Shown: positions 43,478 to 53,523 of the stretch, piece by piece | How positions within the stretch are numbered: position 1 is the stretch's first letter | Layout: the number at the start of each line of letters is the position of its first letter | Source of the DNA: an uncultured Actinomycetota bacterium | GTDB taxonomy: Bacteria; Actinomycetota; Actinomycetes; Mycobacteriales; QHCD01 | Length of the DNA: 64,000 bases | Direction of reading: 5' to 3' | Assembly (NCBI GenBank): GCA_963775655.1 | Contig: CAVZJT010000012.1 | Coordinates: 41,314 to 105,313 of the forward strand | Notes under the pieces: generated by a model | Told to the model about the DNA's origin: nothing | The model's input: the letters and a program-made list of their open reading frames with translations, nothing else | Database searches by the model: none | Translations under genes and position numbers: made by a program

Positions 43478-44557
43478 TCAGCTTCGGCCCAGGATGGTGC
43501 GGAGCCGGCCGACCTGGGCCATCCGGCGCTCGGCCAGCCGGTCGGCGGCGACCGCCGGGGGTACGCCGTCGGCAGCGGCCAGAGCGAAGATCCGGCGCGT
43601 GGTGTCGAAGATCTCGGCGGCCTTGGCCTTGGCGCGCTCGAAACTGAAGCCCTCGATCTCGTCGGCGACCTGGATCACGCCGCCGGAGTTCACGACGTAA
43701 TCCGGCGCATAGAGGACCCCCCGGTCGGCGAGGACCTTCTCGATGCCGGGATGGGCGAGCTGGTTGTTGGCGGCGCCGCAGATCACCCGGGCGGTCAGGG
43801 CCGGCACCGTGTCGTCGTCCAGGGCCCCGCCCAGCGCACACGGCGCGTAGACGTCGAGGTCGGCGCGGATCAGCTGGTCGACGTCGGCGACGATCTCGAT
43901 CTCCGGGTCGGCGTGATGGATCCGGTCGATCGCGCGCGGGCTGACGTCGCTGACCACGACCGACGCGCCCTCGCCGCGCAGGTGCTCGACGAGGTGCCGG
44001 CCGACCTTGCCGACCCCGGCGATGCCGACCCGCCGGCCGCGCAGGCTCGGGGTGTCCCAGACCTGCTCGGCGCAGGCGCGCATCCCCTGGAAGACGCCGT
44101 AGGCGGTGAGGATCGACGAATCACCGGCGCCGCCGTGCTCGGCCGAGCGGCCGGTCGCCCAGCGGGTCTCCCGGGCGATGACGTCCATGTCCTGGACGTA
44201 GGTGCCGACGTCACAGGCGGTGACATAGCGACCGCCGAGGGAGTCGACGAAGCGGCCGTACGCCCGCAGCAGCGCCTCGGACTTCTCCGTGGCCGGGTCG
44301 CCCCAGATGACCGCTTTGCCGCCGCCGTGGTCGAGCCCGGCCAGCGCGTTCTTGTAGGCCATCCCGCGGGAGAGGTTCAGGACGTCGGTGACCGCCTCGT
44401 CCTCGCTGGCGTAGGGGTAGAACCGGGTTCCGCCGAGCGCCGGGCCCAGCGCGGTGGAGTAGATGGCGATGATCGCCTTGAGGCCGCTGCCGGGGTCCTG
44501 GCAGAACACGACCTGTTCATGGCCGGTGGGCACATCGCCCATCGCAAACACGCTCAC
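43478..44557 (-). CDS. Leu/Val (Glu/Leu/Phe/Val-family) dehydrogenase
   Basis: [37 protein letters not shown] Rossmann. The size and sequence resemble Streptomyces valine dehydrogenase. Confidence 0.88.
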   Translation of the reverse strand: MSVFAMGDVPTGHEQVVFCQDPGSGLKAIIAIYSTALGPALGGTRFYPYASEDEAVTDVLNLSRGMAYKNALAGLDHGGGKAVIWGDPATEKSEALLRAYGRFVDSLGGRYVTACDVGTYVQDMDVIARETRWATGRSAEHGGAGDSSILTAYGVFQGMRACAEQVWDTPSLRGRRVGIAGVGKVGRHLVEHLRGEGASVVVSDVSPRAIDRIHHADPEIEIVADVDQLIRADLDVYAPCALGGALDDDTVPALTARVICGAANNQLAHPGIEKVLADRGVLYAPDYVVNSGGVIQVADEIEGFSFERAKAKAAEIFDTTRRIFALAAADGVPPAVAADRLAERRMAQVGRLRTILGRS

Positions 44558-44891
44558 GGGTGTCTCCCTGCGTGGATGTCGGCCGAGCAGGCCGGGACGC
44601 CACGCTCCGCCGGGTCGACGTCGGTCGCAGAGCGTCCACTTTCACCATAGTGCCGCCACGATGAGCGAAGGATTCGGCGTACGATCGGGTCATAGGCAGC
44701 AGGGCCGGACCGACTGCACAGAAGCGCCCGAATTACCCCTAAACGGTGCGGCTAGGGAGACCTGGTATGGACACCACGAAGTTGCTCTGCTCGGGCTATT
44801 CGAGCGTTGCGGGAAAATGGTGCAATGTGGGTAAGGGTCGGTTGTGCATACAACGGCGTCACACCGACTCGCCTGGCAGAAGGGACCAGCC

Positions 44892-45110
44892 ATGACCACC
44901 CGAACCACCACGGATGCTGAGCCGCTGCTCACGCCCGCAGAGGTCGCGACGATGTTCCGCGTCGACCCCAAGACCGTCACCCGCTGGGCCAAGGCAGGAA
45001 AGCTGACCTCCATCCGGACCCTCGGCGGCCACCGCCGCTACAAGGAGTCCGAGGTGCGAGCGCTGCTGGCCGGCGGTTCCAACGATCAGGCGGCCGCCGA
45101 CCACGCCTGA
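44892..45110 (+). CDS. bldC: BldC developmental transcriptional regulator (MerR-like small DNA-binding protein)
   Basis: LLTPAEVATMFRVDPKTVTRWAKAGKLTSIRTLGGHRRYKESEVRALL is nearly identical to the BldC core I recall. Confidence 0.9.
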   Translation: MTTRTTTDAEPLLTPAEVATMFRVDPKTVTRWAKAGKLTSIRTLGGHRRYKESEVRALLAGGSNDQAAADHA

Positions 45111-45213
45111 CCGCGTCGTCCCGGCCCGATCAACTACCCGGCGTAGCGCCGTGCCGCGTTCCTGGCGGCGGGCGTCGCCGGGACCGCCTGCGGGCGGCTG
45201 TTAGCGTGTCCCG

Positions 45214-46398
45214 GTGACTTCGGCTCCGCCGTTCCGCGACCCGCTCGTCGCCCGAATGCGCCCCTTCGAGACGACCATCTTCGCCGAGATGACCGCCCTC
45301 GCCAACCGCATCGGGGCGATCAACCTCGGGCAGGGATTTCCCGACACCGACGGCCCGCCGGCGATGCTCGAGGTCGCCGTCGAGGCGATCCGCTCGGGCG
45401 TCAACCAGTACCCGCCCGGCCCGGGGATGCCGGCCCTGCGCGAGGCCGTGGCCCGCCACCGGCGCGCGCAGTACGCCCTCGACTACGACCCGGACCGCGA
45501 GGTCTACGTCACCGTCGGCGCCACCGAGGCGGTCGCCACGGCGGTCCAGGCACTGTGCGAGCCGGGCGACGAGGTCGTGGTCTTCGAGCCCTATTACGAC
45601 TCCTACGCGGCGGTGATCTCGCTCGCCGGCGCCGTGCGTCGCCCGGTCACCCTGCGGCCGGAAGGTCCCGGCGGCCGGTTCAGCTTCGACCCGGACGAGC
45701 TACGGGCGGCGATCGGCCCCCGGACCCGGCTGGTGCTCGTCAACAGCCCGCACAACCCGACCGGCACGGTGTTCACCCGCGACGAGCTCGCCGCGATCGC
45801 CGCGCTCTGCGTCGAGCACGATCTCCTCGCCGTCACCGACGAGGTCTACGAGCACCTCACCTTCGACGGCACCGGGCACATCCCGCTCGCGTCGTACGAC
45901 GGCATGCGCGAGCGGACCGTGTCGATCTCCTCGGCCGGCAAGAGTTTCTCCGTCACCGGCTGGAAGGTCGGCTGGGTCTGCGCCCCGGCCGCCCTGATCC
46001 GCGCGGTGCAGACGGTCAAGCAGTTCACCACGTTCACCGTCGGCGGTCCGTTCCAGCTCGCCGTGGCACACGCGCTCGACCACGAGCTCGACTGGGTGAG
46101 CAAGCAGCGGGCTTCGCTGCAGGCCAAGCGCGATCGGCTCTCGGCCGGTCTTTCGGCCGCTGGGTTCCTCACCTACGAGACGGCCGGCACCTACTTCGTG
46201 CAGGCCGACGTCCGCCCGCTGGGGTTCGACGACGGGATGACCTTCGCCAAGGTGCTGCCGGAGCGGGCCGGGGTGGTGGCCATCCCCAGCGAGGTCTTCT
46301 ACGACGACACCGACGCCGGTCGGCCCTACGTGCGGTTCGCGTTCTGCAAGCGCGACGAGGTCATCGACGAGGCGGTACGCCGACTCTCGGCGCTCTAG
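45214..46398 (+). CDS. Class I/II PLP-dependent aminotransferase (DapC/kynurenine-aminotransferase-like)
   Basis: INLGQGFPD, NQYPPGPG, NSPHNPTG, SSAGKSFSVTGWKVGW (PLP lysine), RFAFCK. Confidence 0.9.
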   Translation: MTSAPPFRDPLVARMRPFETTIFAEMTALANRIGAINLGQGFPDTDGPPAMLEVAVEAIRSGVNQYPPGPGMPALREAVARHRRAQYALDYDPDREVYVTVGATEAVATAVQALCEPGDEVVVFEPYYDSYAAVISLAGAVRRPVTLRPEGPGGRFSFDPDELRAAIGPRTRLVLVNSPHNPTGTVFTRDELAAIAALCVEHDLLAVTDEVYEHLTFDGTGHIPLASYDGMRERTVSISSAGKSFSVTGWKVGWVCAPAALIRAVQTVKQFTTFTVGGPFQLAVAHALDHELDWVSKQRASLQAKRDRLSAGLSAAGFLTYETAGTYFVQADVRPLGFDDGMTFAKVLPERAGVVAIPSEVFYDDTDAGRPYVRFAFCKRDEVIDEAVRRLSAL

Positions 46399-46408
46399 GC
46401 AGCTTCCT

Positions 46409-47566
46409 GTGAGCGGGGCTGGCCTGCGGGTTGCGGTGGTGGGGCTGGGTTTCGGGCAGGACTTCGTCCCTATCTATCTCAGCCATCCCGAGGTCTCGTC
46501 CGTGGTGCTGGTCGAGCCGGACGCCGTACGCCGCCGCGAGATCGCGACCCGCTTCGGTATCGACGACGGTGTCGCCGACATCGACGATGTCCTCACCGAC
46601 CCGACGGTCGATGCCGTGCACATCCTTGCTCCGGTTCACCTGCACGCCGACCTCGTCGTCGCGACCTTGCAGGCGGGGAAGCACTGCGCGTGCGCCGTAC
46701 CGATGGCGACGACGATCGAGGACCTCGACCGCATCATCGCCGCGCAGGAGAGCAGCGGCAGGAACTACATGATGATGGAGACCATGGTGTTCGGCCGCGA
46801 ATACCTGACGGTCGAAGACGCCTATCGCCGGGGCGAATTCGGCGCACTGACGCTGTATCGAGGGTTCCACATCCAGAACCTCGACGGCTTCCCGTCGTAC
46901 TGGCAGGGCTATCCGCCGATGCACTACGTCACCCACGCGCTGTCGCCGATACTCGCGCTGCTCGAGACGGGTGTGCAGAGCGTTCAGTGCCGAGGCGCGG
47001 GCCGCCTGACGCCGGATCGCACCGCCGGCGGCTTCGACAACCCGTTCCCGACCGAGGTGGGCCTGTTCGCGCTGCGCGACAGCGATGTGCTCGCGGACGT
47101 GACGATGTCCTTCTTCCAGACCGCGCGGAGCTACCTCGAGGGGTTCGCCGTCTACGGCGAACGCCGCGGTGTGGAATGGCCGGTCGACAACGACGGAGAC
47201 CTGACGGTCTTCGACATGCACCCGCCGGCGACGGGCAGCCGCGGAAACGTCGTCGAGACCGCGGCGCTCACGCCTCGCGACTTCTCCGATGCGCTCCCGG
47301 CGGAGGTCGCCCCGTTCACCCGTGCCGCGGACGTGTTGCTGCCGGGGATGCCGGCGAAGGTACGCATGGAAGCCCACCACAGCGGGTCGCATCCGTTCCT
47401 CGTGCACGAGTTCATCAGCAGCATCGTCGAGCACCGCGCGCCGCGGATCGACGCCTATCGCGCGGCAACCTGGACCGCACCGGGAATCTGCGCCCACCAA
47501 TCCGCGCTCGCCGGTGGAGCCGAGATCGCCGTCCCCGCCTACACCGCCCATTCCGCTTCGACGTGA
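46409..47566 (+). CDS. Gfo/Idh/MocA-family oxidoreductase
   Basis: LRVAVVGLGFGQDF Rossmann start and a typical EKP-like middle region. The last codons (..AHSAST*) lie in a degenerate family A element. Confidence 0.8.
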   Translation: MSGAGLRVAVVGLGFGQDFVPIYLSHPEVSSVVLVEPDAVRRREIATRFGIDDGVADIDDVLTDPTVDAVHILAPVHLHADLVVATLQAGKHCACAVPMATTIEDLDRIIAAQESSGRNYMMMETMVFGREYLTVEDAYRRGEFGALTLYRGFHIQNLDGFPSYWQGYPPMHYVTHALSPILALLETGVQSVQCRGAGRLTPDRTAGGFDNPFPTEVGLFALRDSDVLADVTMSFFQTARSYLEGFAVYGERRGVEWPVDNDGDLTVFDMHPPATGSRGNVVETAALTPRDFSDALPAEVAPFTRAADVLLPGMPAKVRMEAHHSGSHPFLVHEFISSIVEHRAPRIDAYRAATWTAPGICAHQSALAGGAEIAVPAYTAHSAST

Positions 47567-47585
47567 CGTTCACGCAGAATGGGCG
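47545..47585. repeat. Degenerate single-hairpin copy of family A
   Basis: CGCCCATTCCGCTTCGACGTGACGTTCACGCAGAATGGGCG. It keeps the CCCATTC/GAATGGG ends and the ACGTGACGTT core. Confidence 0.75.
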
Positions 47586-47606
47586 CGGGGTCGCCTCGGC
47601 AGCGGA

Positions 47607-47669
47607 TCGACATCGTGCGCTGTACTCGCATCCGGGGGTCAATTCTGCGAGTAGGACGCACGATGTCGA
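47607..47669. repeat. Long hairpin (24-nt arms, 21/24 paired, 15-nt loop)
   Basis: TCGACATCGTGCGCTGTACTCGCA ... TGCGAGTAGGACGCACGATGTCGA. Confidence 0.8.
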
Positions 47670-47697
47670 CCATCGCCTGGGGTAGCCCCATGCCGCT

Positions 47698-47730
47698 GTG
47701 CCCTTGCTCCGCTCAGCGAAGCGAGGGCAC
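47698..47730. repeat. 33-nt odd-centred palindrome (16+1+16, 14/16 paired)
   Basis: GTGCCCTTGCTCCGCT-C-AGCGAAGCGAGGGCAC. Confidence 0.7.
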
Positions 47731-47772
47731 AGTGCAGCGCTCGGACATGACGTTCACAGGCTGCCCCCGTTT

Positions 47773-47825
47773 GGCATCAACGTGACGTTGATGCCGCTAG
47801 ATGGCTTGAACGTGACGTTCAAGCC
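47773..47825. repeat. Family A core pair (two perfect 11+1+11 palindromes)
   Basis: GGCATCAACGT-G-ACGTTGATGCC (47773-47795), GCTAGAT, then GGCTTGAACGT-G-ACGTTCAAGCC (47803-47825). Confidence 0.9.
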
Positions 47826-47860
47826 GATTGGCGGCGGGTCGGCGGCGGGGGGTCGGTGGG

Positions 47861-49033
47861 TCAGCGGGCGGCGAGGTGGCCGCCGACGCGGGTGTAGCCG
47901 CGGAGCAGGTCGCGGCTGATGATCAGCCGCTGCATCTCGTCGGTGCCCTCGAAGATCCGCCACAACCGCATGTCGCGGTAGAACTGCTCGATCGGCATCT
48001 CGCGGGTGTATCCCATACCGCCGTGGATCTGCATGACGCGGTCGACGACCCGGTTGGCCATCGTCGTCCCGGACAGCTTGGCGATCGCGCAGTCGTGTCG
48101 CGAGTCGCGGCCCTGGTCGACCGTCCAGGCCGCCTTGAGGACCAGCCAGCGGGCGGCCTCCAACTCCACCTCGGAATCAGCAATCATCCAGCCGATGGCC
48201 TGGTTGTCGGCGATCGGCCGGCCGAACGTCGTGCGGTCGGTCGCGTAGCCGATCGCCATCGAGAGGAGGCGTTCACCGGCACCGATCGCCTGCGAAGGAA
48301 TGAGAAACCGGCCTCGGCCGATCCACTCCATCGCCAGCCGGAAGCCGTCCCCGATCTCGCCGAGCACGTTGCTGTCCGGCACCCGCACCCCGGCGAAGGA
48401 CAGGGTGGCCGGCCGGGCGAGACCCATGGTCGAGATCGGCGAGGACGTCCACCCCATCGAACGGTCGACGAGGAACGCCGTGAATCCGCCGCGGGACCGT
48501 TTCTCCGGATCGGTCACCGCGATGACGATGGCGAAGTCGGCGTCGTTGCCTCCGGTGATGAAGGTCTTCTCCCCGTCGATCACCCAGTCCGCGCCGTCCC
48601 GCCGCGCGGTGGTCCGGATCGCCGCGGCGTCGGACCCGGCGCCCGGCTCGGTGATCGCGAAGCACGAGGTGCGCTCGCCCTCGATGGTGGGGAGCAGGTA
48701 TTCCTTGGCCTGCCGGTCGTCGGCGTAATAGAGGATGTTGTCCGCCTCGCCGCCGAACCGGAACGGCAGGAACGTCCGGCCGAGTTCGGTCGCGATCAGC
48801 GACTGGGTCACGGCGTCGAGCGCACTGCCGCCGTACTCCTCGGGCGTCGACACGCCCCACAGGCCGTCGCGCCGGGCGCGCGCCTGCAACGCCCGGATCT
48901 CGGCGTGCCCGAACGTCGCCGTGCCTCCGGCGCGGACGAAGTCAGCCTCCTGCGGCATGAGTTCGGCGTCGACGAACGACCGGACCGTCTCCCGGATCGC
49001 CCGCTGCTCGTCGGTGATGCCGAAGTCGACCAT
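47861..49033 (-). CDS. Acyl-CoA dehydrogenase
   Basis: FAITEPGAGSDAA, IHGGMGYTRE, FEGTDEMQ. The ATG at 49033 lies one nt after the upstream FabG-like stop. Confidence 0.9.
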   Translation of the reverse strand: MVDFGITDEQRAIRETVRSFVDAELMPQEADFVRAGGTATFGHAEIRALQARARRDGLWGVSTPEEYGGSALDAVTQSLIATELGRTFLPFRFGGEADNILYYADDRQAKEYLLPTIEGERTSCFAITEPGAGSDAAAIRTTARRDGADWVIDGEKTFITGGNDADFAIVIAVTDPEKRSRGGFTAFLVDRSMGWTSSPISTMGLARPATLSFAGVRVPDSNVLGEIGDGFRLAMEWIGRGRFLIPSQAIGAGERLLSMAIGYATDRTTFGRPIADNQAIGWMIADSEVELEAARWLVLKAAWTVDQGRDSRHDCAIAKLSGTTMANRVVDRVMQIHGGMGYTREMPIEQFYRDMRLWRIFEGTDEMQRLIISRDLLRGYTRVGGHLAAR

Positions 49034-49034
49034 G

Positions 49035-49794
49035 TCAGCGCTGACCGCCATTGACGTGCACCGTCTGGCCGTTGACGTAGCCCGCATCCTCGCTCGCGAG
49101 GAACGTCACGACGGCGGCGACGTCTTCGGGCTTACCGACCCGGCGGGCCGGGATCTGCTCCGCGGCCGCCGCCGCGAACTCGTCCGGGTCGGCGCCCATC
49201 CGGCGGGCCGTCGCCCGGGTCATGTCGGTGTCGATGTAGCCGGGCGCGACCGCGTTGACCGTGATCCCGAACGGCCCGAGCTCGATGGCGAGGGTCGCGG
49301 TCAGCCCGATCACCCCCGCCTTGGCCGCCGAGTAGTTGGCCTGGCCGCGGTTGCCGAGTGCCGAGCGGCTGGACAGGCTGACGATCCGGCCGTAGCGACG
49401 CTCGACCATGTGCTTCTGCACGGCCCGGCTCATCAGGAAGTTGCCGCGCAGATGTACGCCGAGCACCGTGTCCCAGTCCGCCGCGCTCATCTTGAACAGC
49501 ATGTTGTCGCGCGTCACACCGGCGTTGTTGACCAGGATGTCGATCCGCCCGAACTCCTCGGCGACCCGTGCGACCGCCGCCTCGACGGCCGCCTCGTCGG
49601 CGACGTCGACGCCCAGGGCGAGGGCGTCGGCCGCCGGCCGAGGTGATGGTCTTGGCACTCGCCTCAGCGGTGTCCGGGTCGAGGTCGAGGACGGCGACCG
49701 CCGCGCCTCCGGCAGCGAACCGGGCGGCGATCGCGGCGCCGATCCCGCGCCCTGCCCCGGTGACGACGGCGACGCGGTCGGTGAATGACTCCAT
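49035..49794 (-). pseudogene. 3-oxoacyl-ACP reductase (FabG-like SDR), apparent frameshift
   Basis: N-terminal VAVVTGAGRGIG.. in ORF 49132-49794. The remainder (..ILVNNAGV..SSRSALGNRGQANYSAAKAG..VNAVAPGYIDT..) is in ORF 49035-49877. The break is near 49627-49640. Confidence 0.85.
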
Positions 49795-49892
49795 GCGGCT
49801 GCTCCCACCAGGTGCTCACGGCTCGTCAGTGCGCGCCAGTGTACGGCGGCGTCCCGACGGCTTCGATGGCCGCGCACGGGCCCGCGGCGACC

Positions 49893-51074
49893 TCAGCGGA
49901 AGGCGTCGAACCCGGTCAGCGCCTTACCGAGCACCAGCGTGTGCACCTCGCTGCTGCCCTCGTAGGTGATCACGCTCTCGAGGTTGTTGGCGTGCCGCAG
50001 CACTGGATACTCCAAGGAGATGCCGTTGGCGCCGAGGATGGTGCGGCACTCGCGGGCGATGTTGAGGGCCTCGCGGGCGTTGTTGAGCTTGCCGGCACTG
50101 ACCATCTCCGAGCGCAGCCGTCCGGAGTCCTTCAGGTGCGCGAGATGCAGCGCCAGCAGATACCCCTTGTCCAGCTCGAGGGTGAGGTCGGCGAACTTGC
50201 GCTGCGTGAGCTGATAGCCGGCGATGGGCCGGTCGAACTGCACCCGGCTGCAGGCGTAGTCGATCGTCGTCTCGAGGCAGTCGCGGGCCGCACCGAGCGC
50301 GCCGAAGACGATCCCGAAGCGCGCCTCGTCCAGGCAGGCCAACGGACCGCGCATGCCTTTCGCCTCCGGCAGCACCGCGTCGGCGGGCAGCCGGACCCCG
50401 TCCAGGACGAGCTCGCTGGTCACCGACGCCCGCAGCGAGAGCTTGTGCTTGATCTCGTGCGCCGAGAAGCCCGGGGTGTCGGTCGGTACGACGAAACCGC
50501 GGATCCCGTCGTCGGTGCGCGCCCACACGATCGCGACGTCGGCGGCCGACCCGTTGGTGATCCAGGCCTTGGTGCCGTCCAGCACCCAGTCGCCACCGTC
50601 GGACCGGGCCCGGGTGCGCATCCCGGCCGGGTTCGAGCCGTAGTCGGGTTCGGTCAGGCCGAAGCAGCCGATCGCCTCGCCGGTGACCATCGGGGGCAGC
50701 CAGCGTTCCTTCTGCTCGTCGCTGCCCCAGCGCCACAGGGCGAACATCGCGAGTGAGCCCTGCACGGAGACGAACGAGCGGATTCCGGAGTCGGCGGACT
50801 CCAGCTCCAGGCACGCCAGGCCGTAGGAGAGGGAGTCCAGGCCGGCGCAGCCGTAGCCGGTCAGGTGCATCCCGAACAGGCCCAGCGAGCCGAAGGCCTT
50901 GGCCAGCTCGCGGATCGGCAGCTCGCCGCGCTCGAACCACGCGGCGATGTTCGGTCGTACGGCGTCGGCGAGCAGGGCGCGCACCCCGTCGCGCACCGCG
51001 CGCTGGGCGTCGTCGAGCTCGTCTTCCAGCCGGAGCAGCTGGAGCGGTCCGGTGCGTGCCTGCGGATCGGTCAC
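49893..51074 (-). CDS. Glutaryl-CoA dehydrogenase-type acyl-CoA dehydrogenase
   Basis: GCFGLTEPDYGSNPAGMRTRA, KAWITNGS, QLTQRKFADL, ITYEGSSEVHTLV. Confidence 0.88.
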   Translation of the reverse strand: MTDPQARTGPLQLLRLEDELDDAQRAVRDGVRALLADAVRPNIAAWFERGELPIRELAKAFGSLGLFGMHLTGYGCAGLDSLSYGLACLELESADSGIRSFVSVQGSLAMFALWRWGSDEQKERWLPPMVTGEAIGCFGLTEPDYGSNPAGMRTRARSDGGDWVLDGTKAWITNGSAADVAIVWARTDDGIRGFVVPTDTPGFSAHEIKHKLSLRASVTSELVLDGVRLPADAVLPEAKGMRGPLACLDEARFGIVFGALGAARDCLETTIDYACSRVQFDRPIAGYQLTQRKFADLTLELDKGYLLALHLAHLKDSGRLRSEMVSAGKLNNAREALNIARECRTILGANGISLEYPVLRHANNLESVITYEGSSEVHTLVLGKALTGFDAFR

Positions 51075-51122
51075 CGGGCGATCATCTCGCGCCGGGCCCG
51101 GCTGCGGGCAGCCGATGCCGGA

Positions 51123-52520
51123 TCAACCCCGCCGCCCGGCCGAGCGCGGCGCACCGGACTGCCGGTGGCCGGCCTGCGGGCGCCCTCGGCGCCCTCTGGG
51201 CGAACCCTGCCGACCATCGCGCGGTGACTGCTGCCGATGGTCGCGCGGGGAGCGTTGGCCATTCTCGCGAGGCGACCGTTGCCCATGGTCGCGAGGCGAC
51301 CGTGGCTTGCGCTCGGAGCGGGCGGGTGCCGGCTGGCTCGAGCGCTCGCCGGCGACCTTGATCCCGGCCCGGGCGAGCATCGCGTCCACCTCGCGCCGCT
51401 CGTCCGGCAGCGCGAGGGTGACGACCGCGCCGCTGGCGCCGGCCCGACCGGTGCGGCCCGAGCGGTGTACGAACGCCTTCGGGTCCGATGGCGGGTCGAC
51501 ATGCACGACGACGTCGACGTTGGAGATGTCGAGCCCACGGGCGGCGACGTCGGTGGCGACGAGGACGCGGGTCCTCCCCGCACCGAAGGCGGCGAGCGCG
51601 CGGGTGCGGGCGGACTGGGTCAGTCCGCCGTGCAACGGCTTCACGGGGAGAGAAGGGGTGCTGAGCTGGCGGGCCAGCCGGTCCGCTCCCCGCTTGGTAC
51701 GGACGAAGAGCAGCGTGCGTTCGGCGGTCGCCGCGAGGTCGGCCACGGCCGCTGTCTTGGCGGCCCGGTCGGCCAGGGTGAGCACCCGGTGGGTGACGAC
51801 CGCACCGTCGTCCGGCGGTGTCACCTCGACCAGCACGGGGTTGACGAGGAATTCGCGGGTGAGGACGTCGACGTCGCCGTCCAGCGTCGCGGAGAACAGC
51901 AGCCGCTGCCCGCCGGTCGGGACGAGGCCCAGCAGCCGGCGGACGACCGGCAGAAAGCCGAGGTCGCACATGTGGTCAGCCTCGTCGACGACGGTGACCT
52001 CGACCGCGTCGAGGAAGATCGCCCTCCGCTCCAGCAGGTCGACCAGGCGTCCCGGCGTGGCGACGACCACATCGACTCCGCGGTCGAGAGCGTTGATCTG
52101 GCGGCCGATCGAGGTTCCGCCGTACACCGCCGCGACACGGACGCCGATCGCCTGCCCGAGCGGGGCGAGGACGTCGGTGACCTGCTGGGCGAGCTCACGG
52201 GTGGGCGCCAGCACGAGGCCCTTCGGACGGCGCCGGACCCGCGGACCGGCCGCCCCGAGGTGGGCGAGCATGGGCAGGCCGAAACCGAGGGTCTTGCCCG
52301 ACCCGGTGACCGCCCGGCCGAGCAGGTCGGCGCCGGTCAGCGCGTCCGGCAGGGTCGCGGCCTGGACCGGAAAGGGCTCGTGGATGCCGCGCCGTTCGAG
52401 CGCAGTGACGAGGCGCTGCGGAAGCCCGGCCGCAGCGAAGGAGGTGATCGGCGGGGCAGGTGGGCGGGTCTGCACCGGGGGTAGGGCGTGCGGGCGTGCG
52501 GACGCGGAGCGTCGGGGCAC
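51123..52520 (-). CDS. DEAD-box ATP-dependent RNA helicase with Arg/Ser/Pro-rich repetitive tail
   Basis: Q-motif FPVQ, AVTGSGKT, PTRELA, DEAD (VVDEADHM), SAT, HRSGRTGRAG. The C-terminal tail has octapeptide repeats. Confidence 0.93.
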   Translation of the reverse strand: MPRRSASARPHALPPVQTRPPAPPITSFAAAGLPQRLVTALERRGIHEPFPVQAATLPDALTGADLLGRAVTGSGKTLGFGLPMLAHLGAAGPRVRRRPKGLVLAPTRELAQQVTDVLAPLGQAIGVRVAAVYGGTSIGRQINALDRGVDVVVATPGRLVDLLERRAIFLDAVEVTVVDEADHMCDLGFLPVVRRLLGLVPTGGQRLLFSATLDGDVDVLTREFLVNPVLVEVTPPDDGAVVTHRVLTLADRAAKTAAVADLAATAERTLLFVRTKRGADRLARQLSTPSLPVKPLHGGLTQSARTRALAAFGAGRTRVLVATDVAARGLDISNVDVVVHVDPPSDPKAFVHRSGRTGRAGASGAVVTLALPDERREVDAMLARAGIKVAGERSSQPAPARSERKPRSPRDHGQRSPRENGQRSPRDHRQQSPRDGRQGSPRGRRGRPQAGHRQSGAPRSAGRRG

Positions 52521-52756
52521 AGGGGTCCTCTCGGATCGTCTCAGGCAGGCCGCGTGGAGAGCTGCGCGCGCGGGACATACCCGGACGAAGAGCGAGAATC
52601 AAGCGACCTCATGGCGGCGGCGCCGCATCATGTGTATCGGCCGCTGAGGGCCGACATCCACAGGGTACCCGGTCGGGCGGCCGATCCGCGCGGCCGGTGG
52701 CGTGGTCGTGGTAGAGGTCTCAGCCGGACCGGACCGGGATGCGAGAGAGTGGACCT

Positions 52757-53434
52757 ATGCGCAAGTACGTGATCATCGGGGCACAGGGCAGCGGCAAGGG
52801 CACCCAGGCCAAGCGGCTGGCGGAGGACTACGAGCTCGAGCACGTGAGTGTCGGCGACATCTTCCGGTGGAACATCCAGCACCACACCAAGCTCGGCGCG
52901 GGAGTACGCCGGACGGTCGCCGCGGGCGAGCTCGTCTCCGACGACCTCGTCGGAGACATCGTGCGCACGAGGCTCGACCAGCACGACTGGAACTACGGGT
53001 TCATCATCGACGGCTTTCCCCGTAATGCCGCCCAGGCGGAGTTCTTCCTCGAGACCTACGACATCGACAGCGTGATCCACGTCTGGGTGCCGGACGAGGT
53101 GGTTCAGGAGCGGGTACTGAGCCGGCGGCTGTGCTCGCAGTGCGGGCTGGACTACAACCTGATCTACTCCCGACCGGCCAAACCGGACACCTGCGACGTA
53201 TGCGGCGGGTCCCTCGAACGTCGCGATGACGACACGCCCGAGGCACTGCGCACCCGGCTCCGGGACTACCACGAGAAGACCACCCCCGTGCTCGAGCTGT
53301 TCGAGCGCAAGGAGGTCGTCGTGCAGGTCGACGGCACCCGGACGCCGGACGAGGTCTTCGAGGAGGTCCGGGCGAAGCTCGGGCTGCCCGTGGTCGGCGA
53401 CCATTCGACGGCCGAGGTCCCGGCGTCGGCCTAG
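52757..53434 (+). CDS. adk: Adenylate kinase (zinc-lid type, second-copy context)
   Basis: IIGAQGSGKGTQ P-loop, GFIIDGFPRN, Cys4 lid CSQCG..CDVCGG. It is not in the usual secY-adk-map context. Confidence 0.8.
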   Translation: MRKYVIIGAQGSGKGTQAKRLAEDYELEHVSVGDIFRWNIQHHTKLGAGVRRTVAAGELVSDDLVGDIVRTRLDQHDWNYGFIIDGFPRNAAQAEFFLETYDIDSVIHVWVPDEVVQERVLSRRLCSQCGLDYNLIYSRPAKPDTCDVCGGSLERRDDDTPEALRTRLRDYHEKTTPVLELFERKEVVVQVDGTRTPDEVFEEVRAKLGLPVVGDHSTAEVPASA

Positions 53435-53523
53435 GCAACTCTACGTTTATAACTGGTCACGCTGGGTAGTTCACCCTCGAGGGCGCTGTGCCGGCACGTG
53501 TGCAAACACGCCGCCGAGCGCTC

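Noticed and set aside
47586-47700. ZTP (pfl) riboswitch-like CGCCTGGGG near 47674
   Set aside because: The 5' subdomain consensus (GGGUCGUGACUGGCG-like) is absent and there is no downstream plus-strand gene to regulate.
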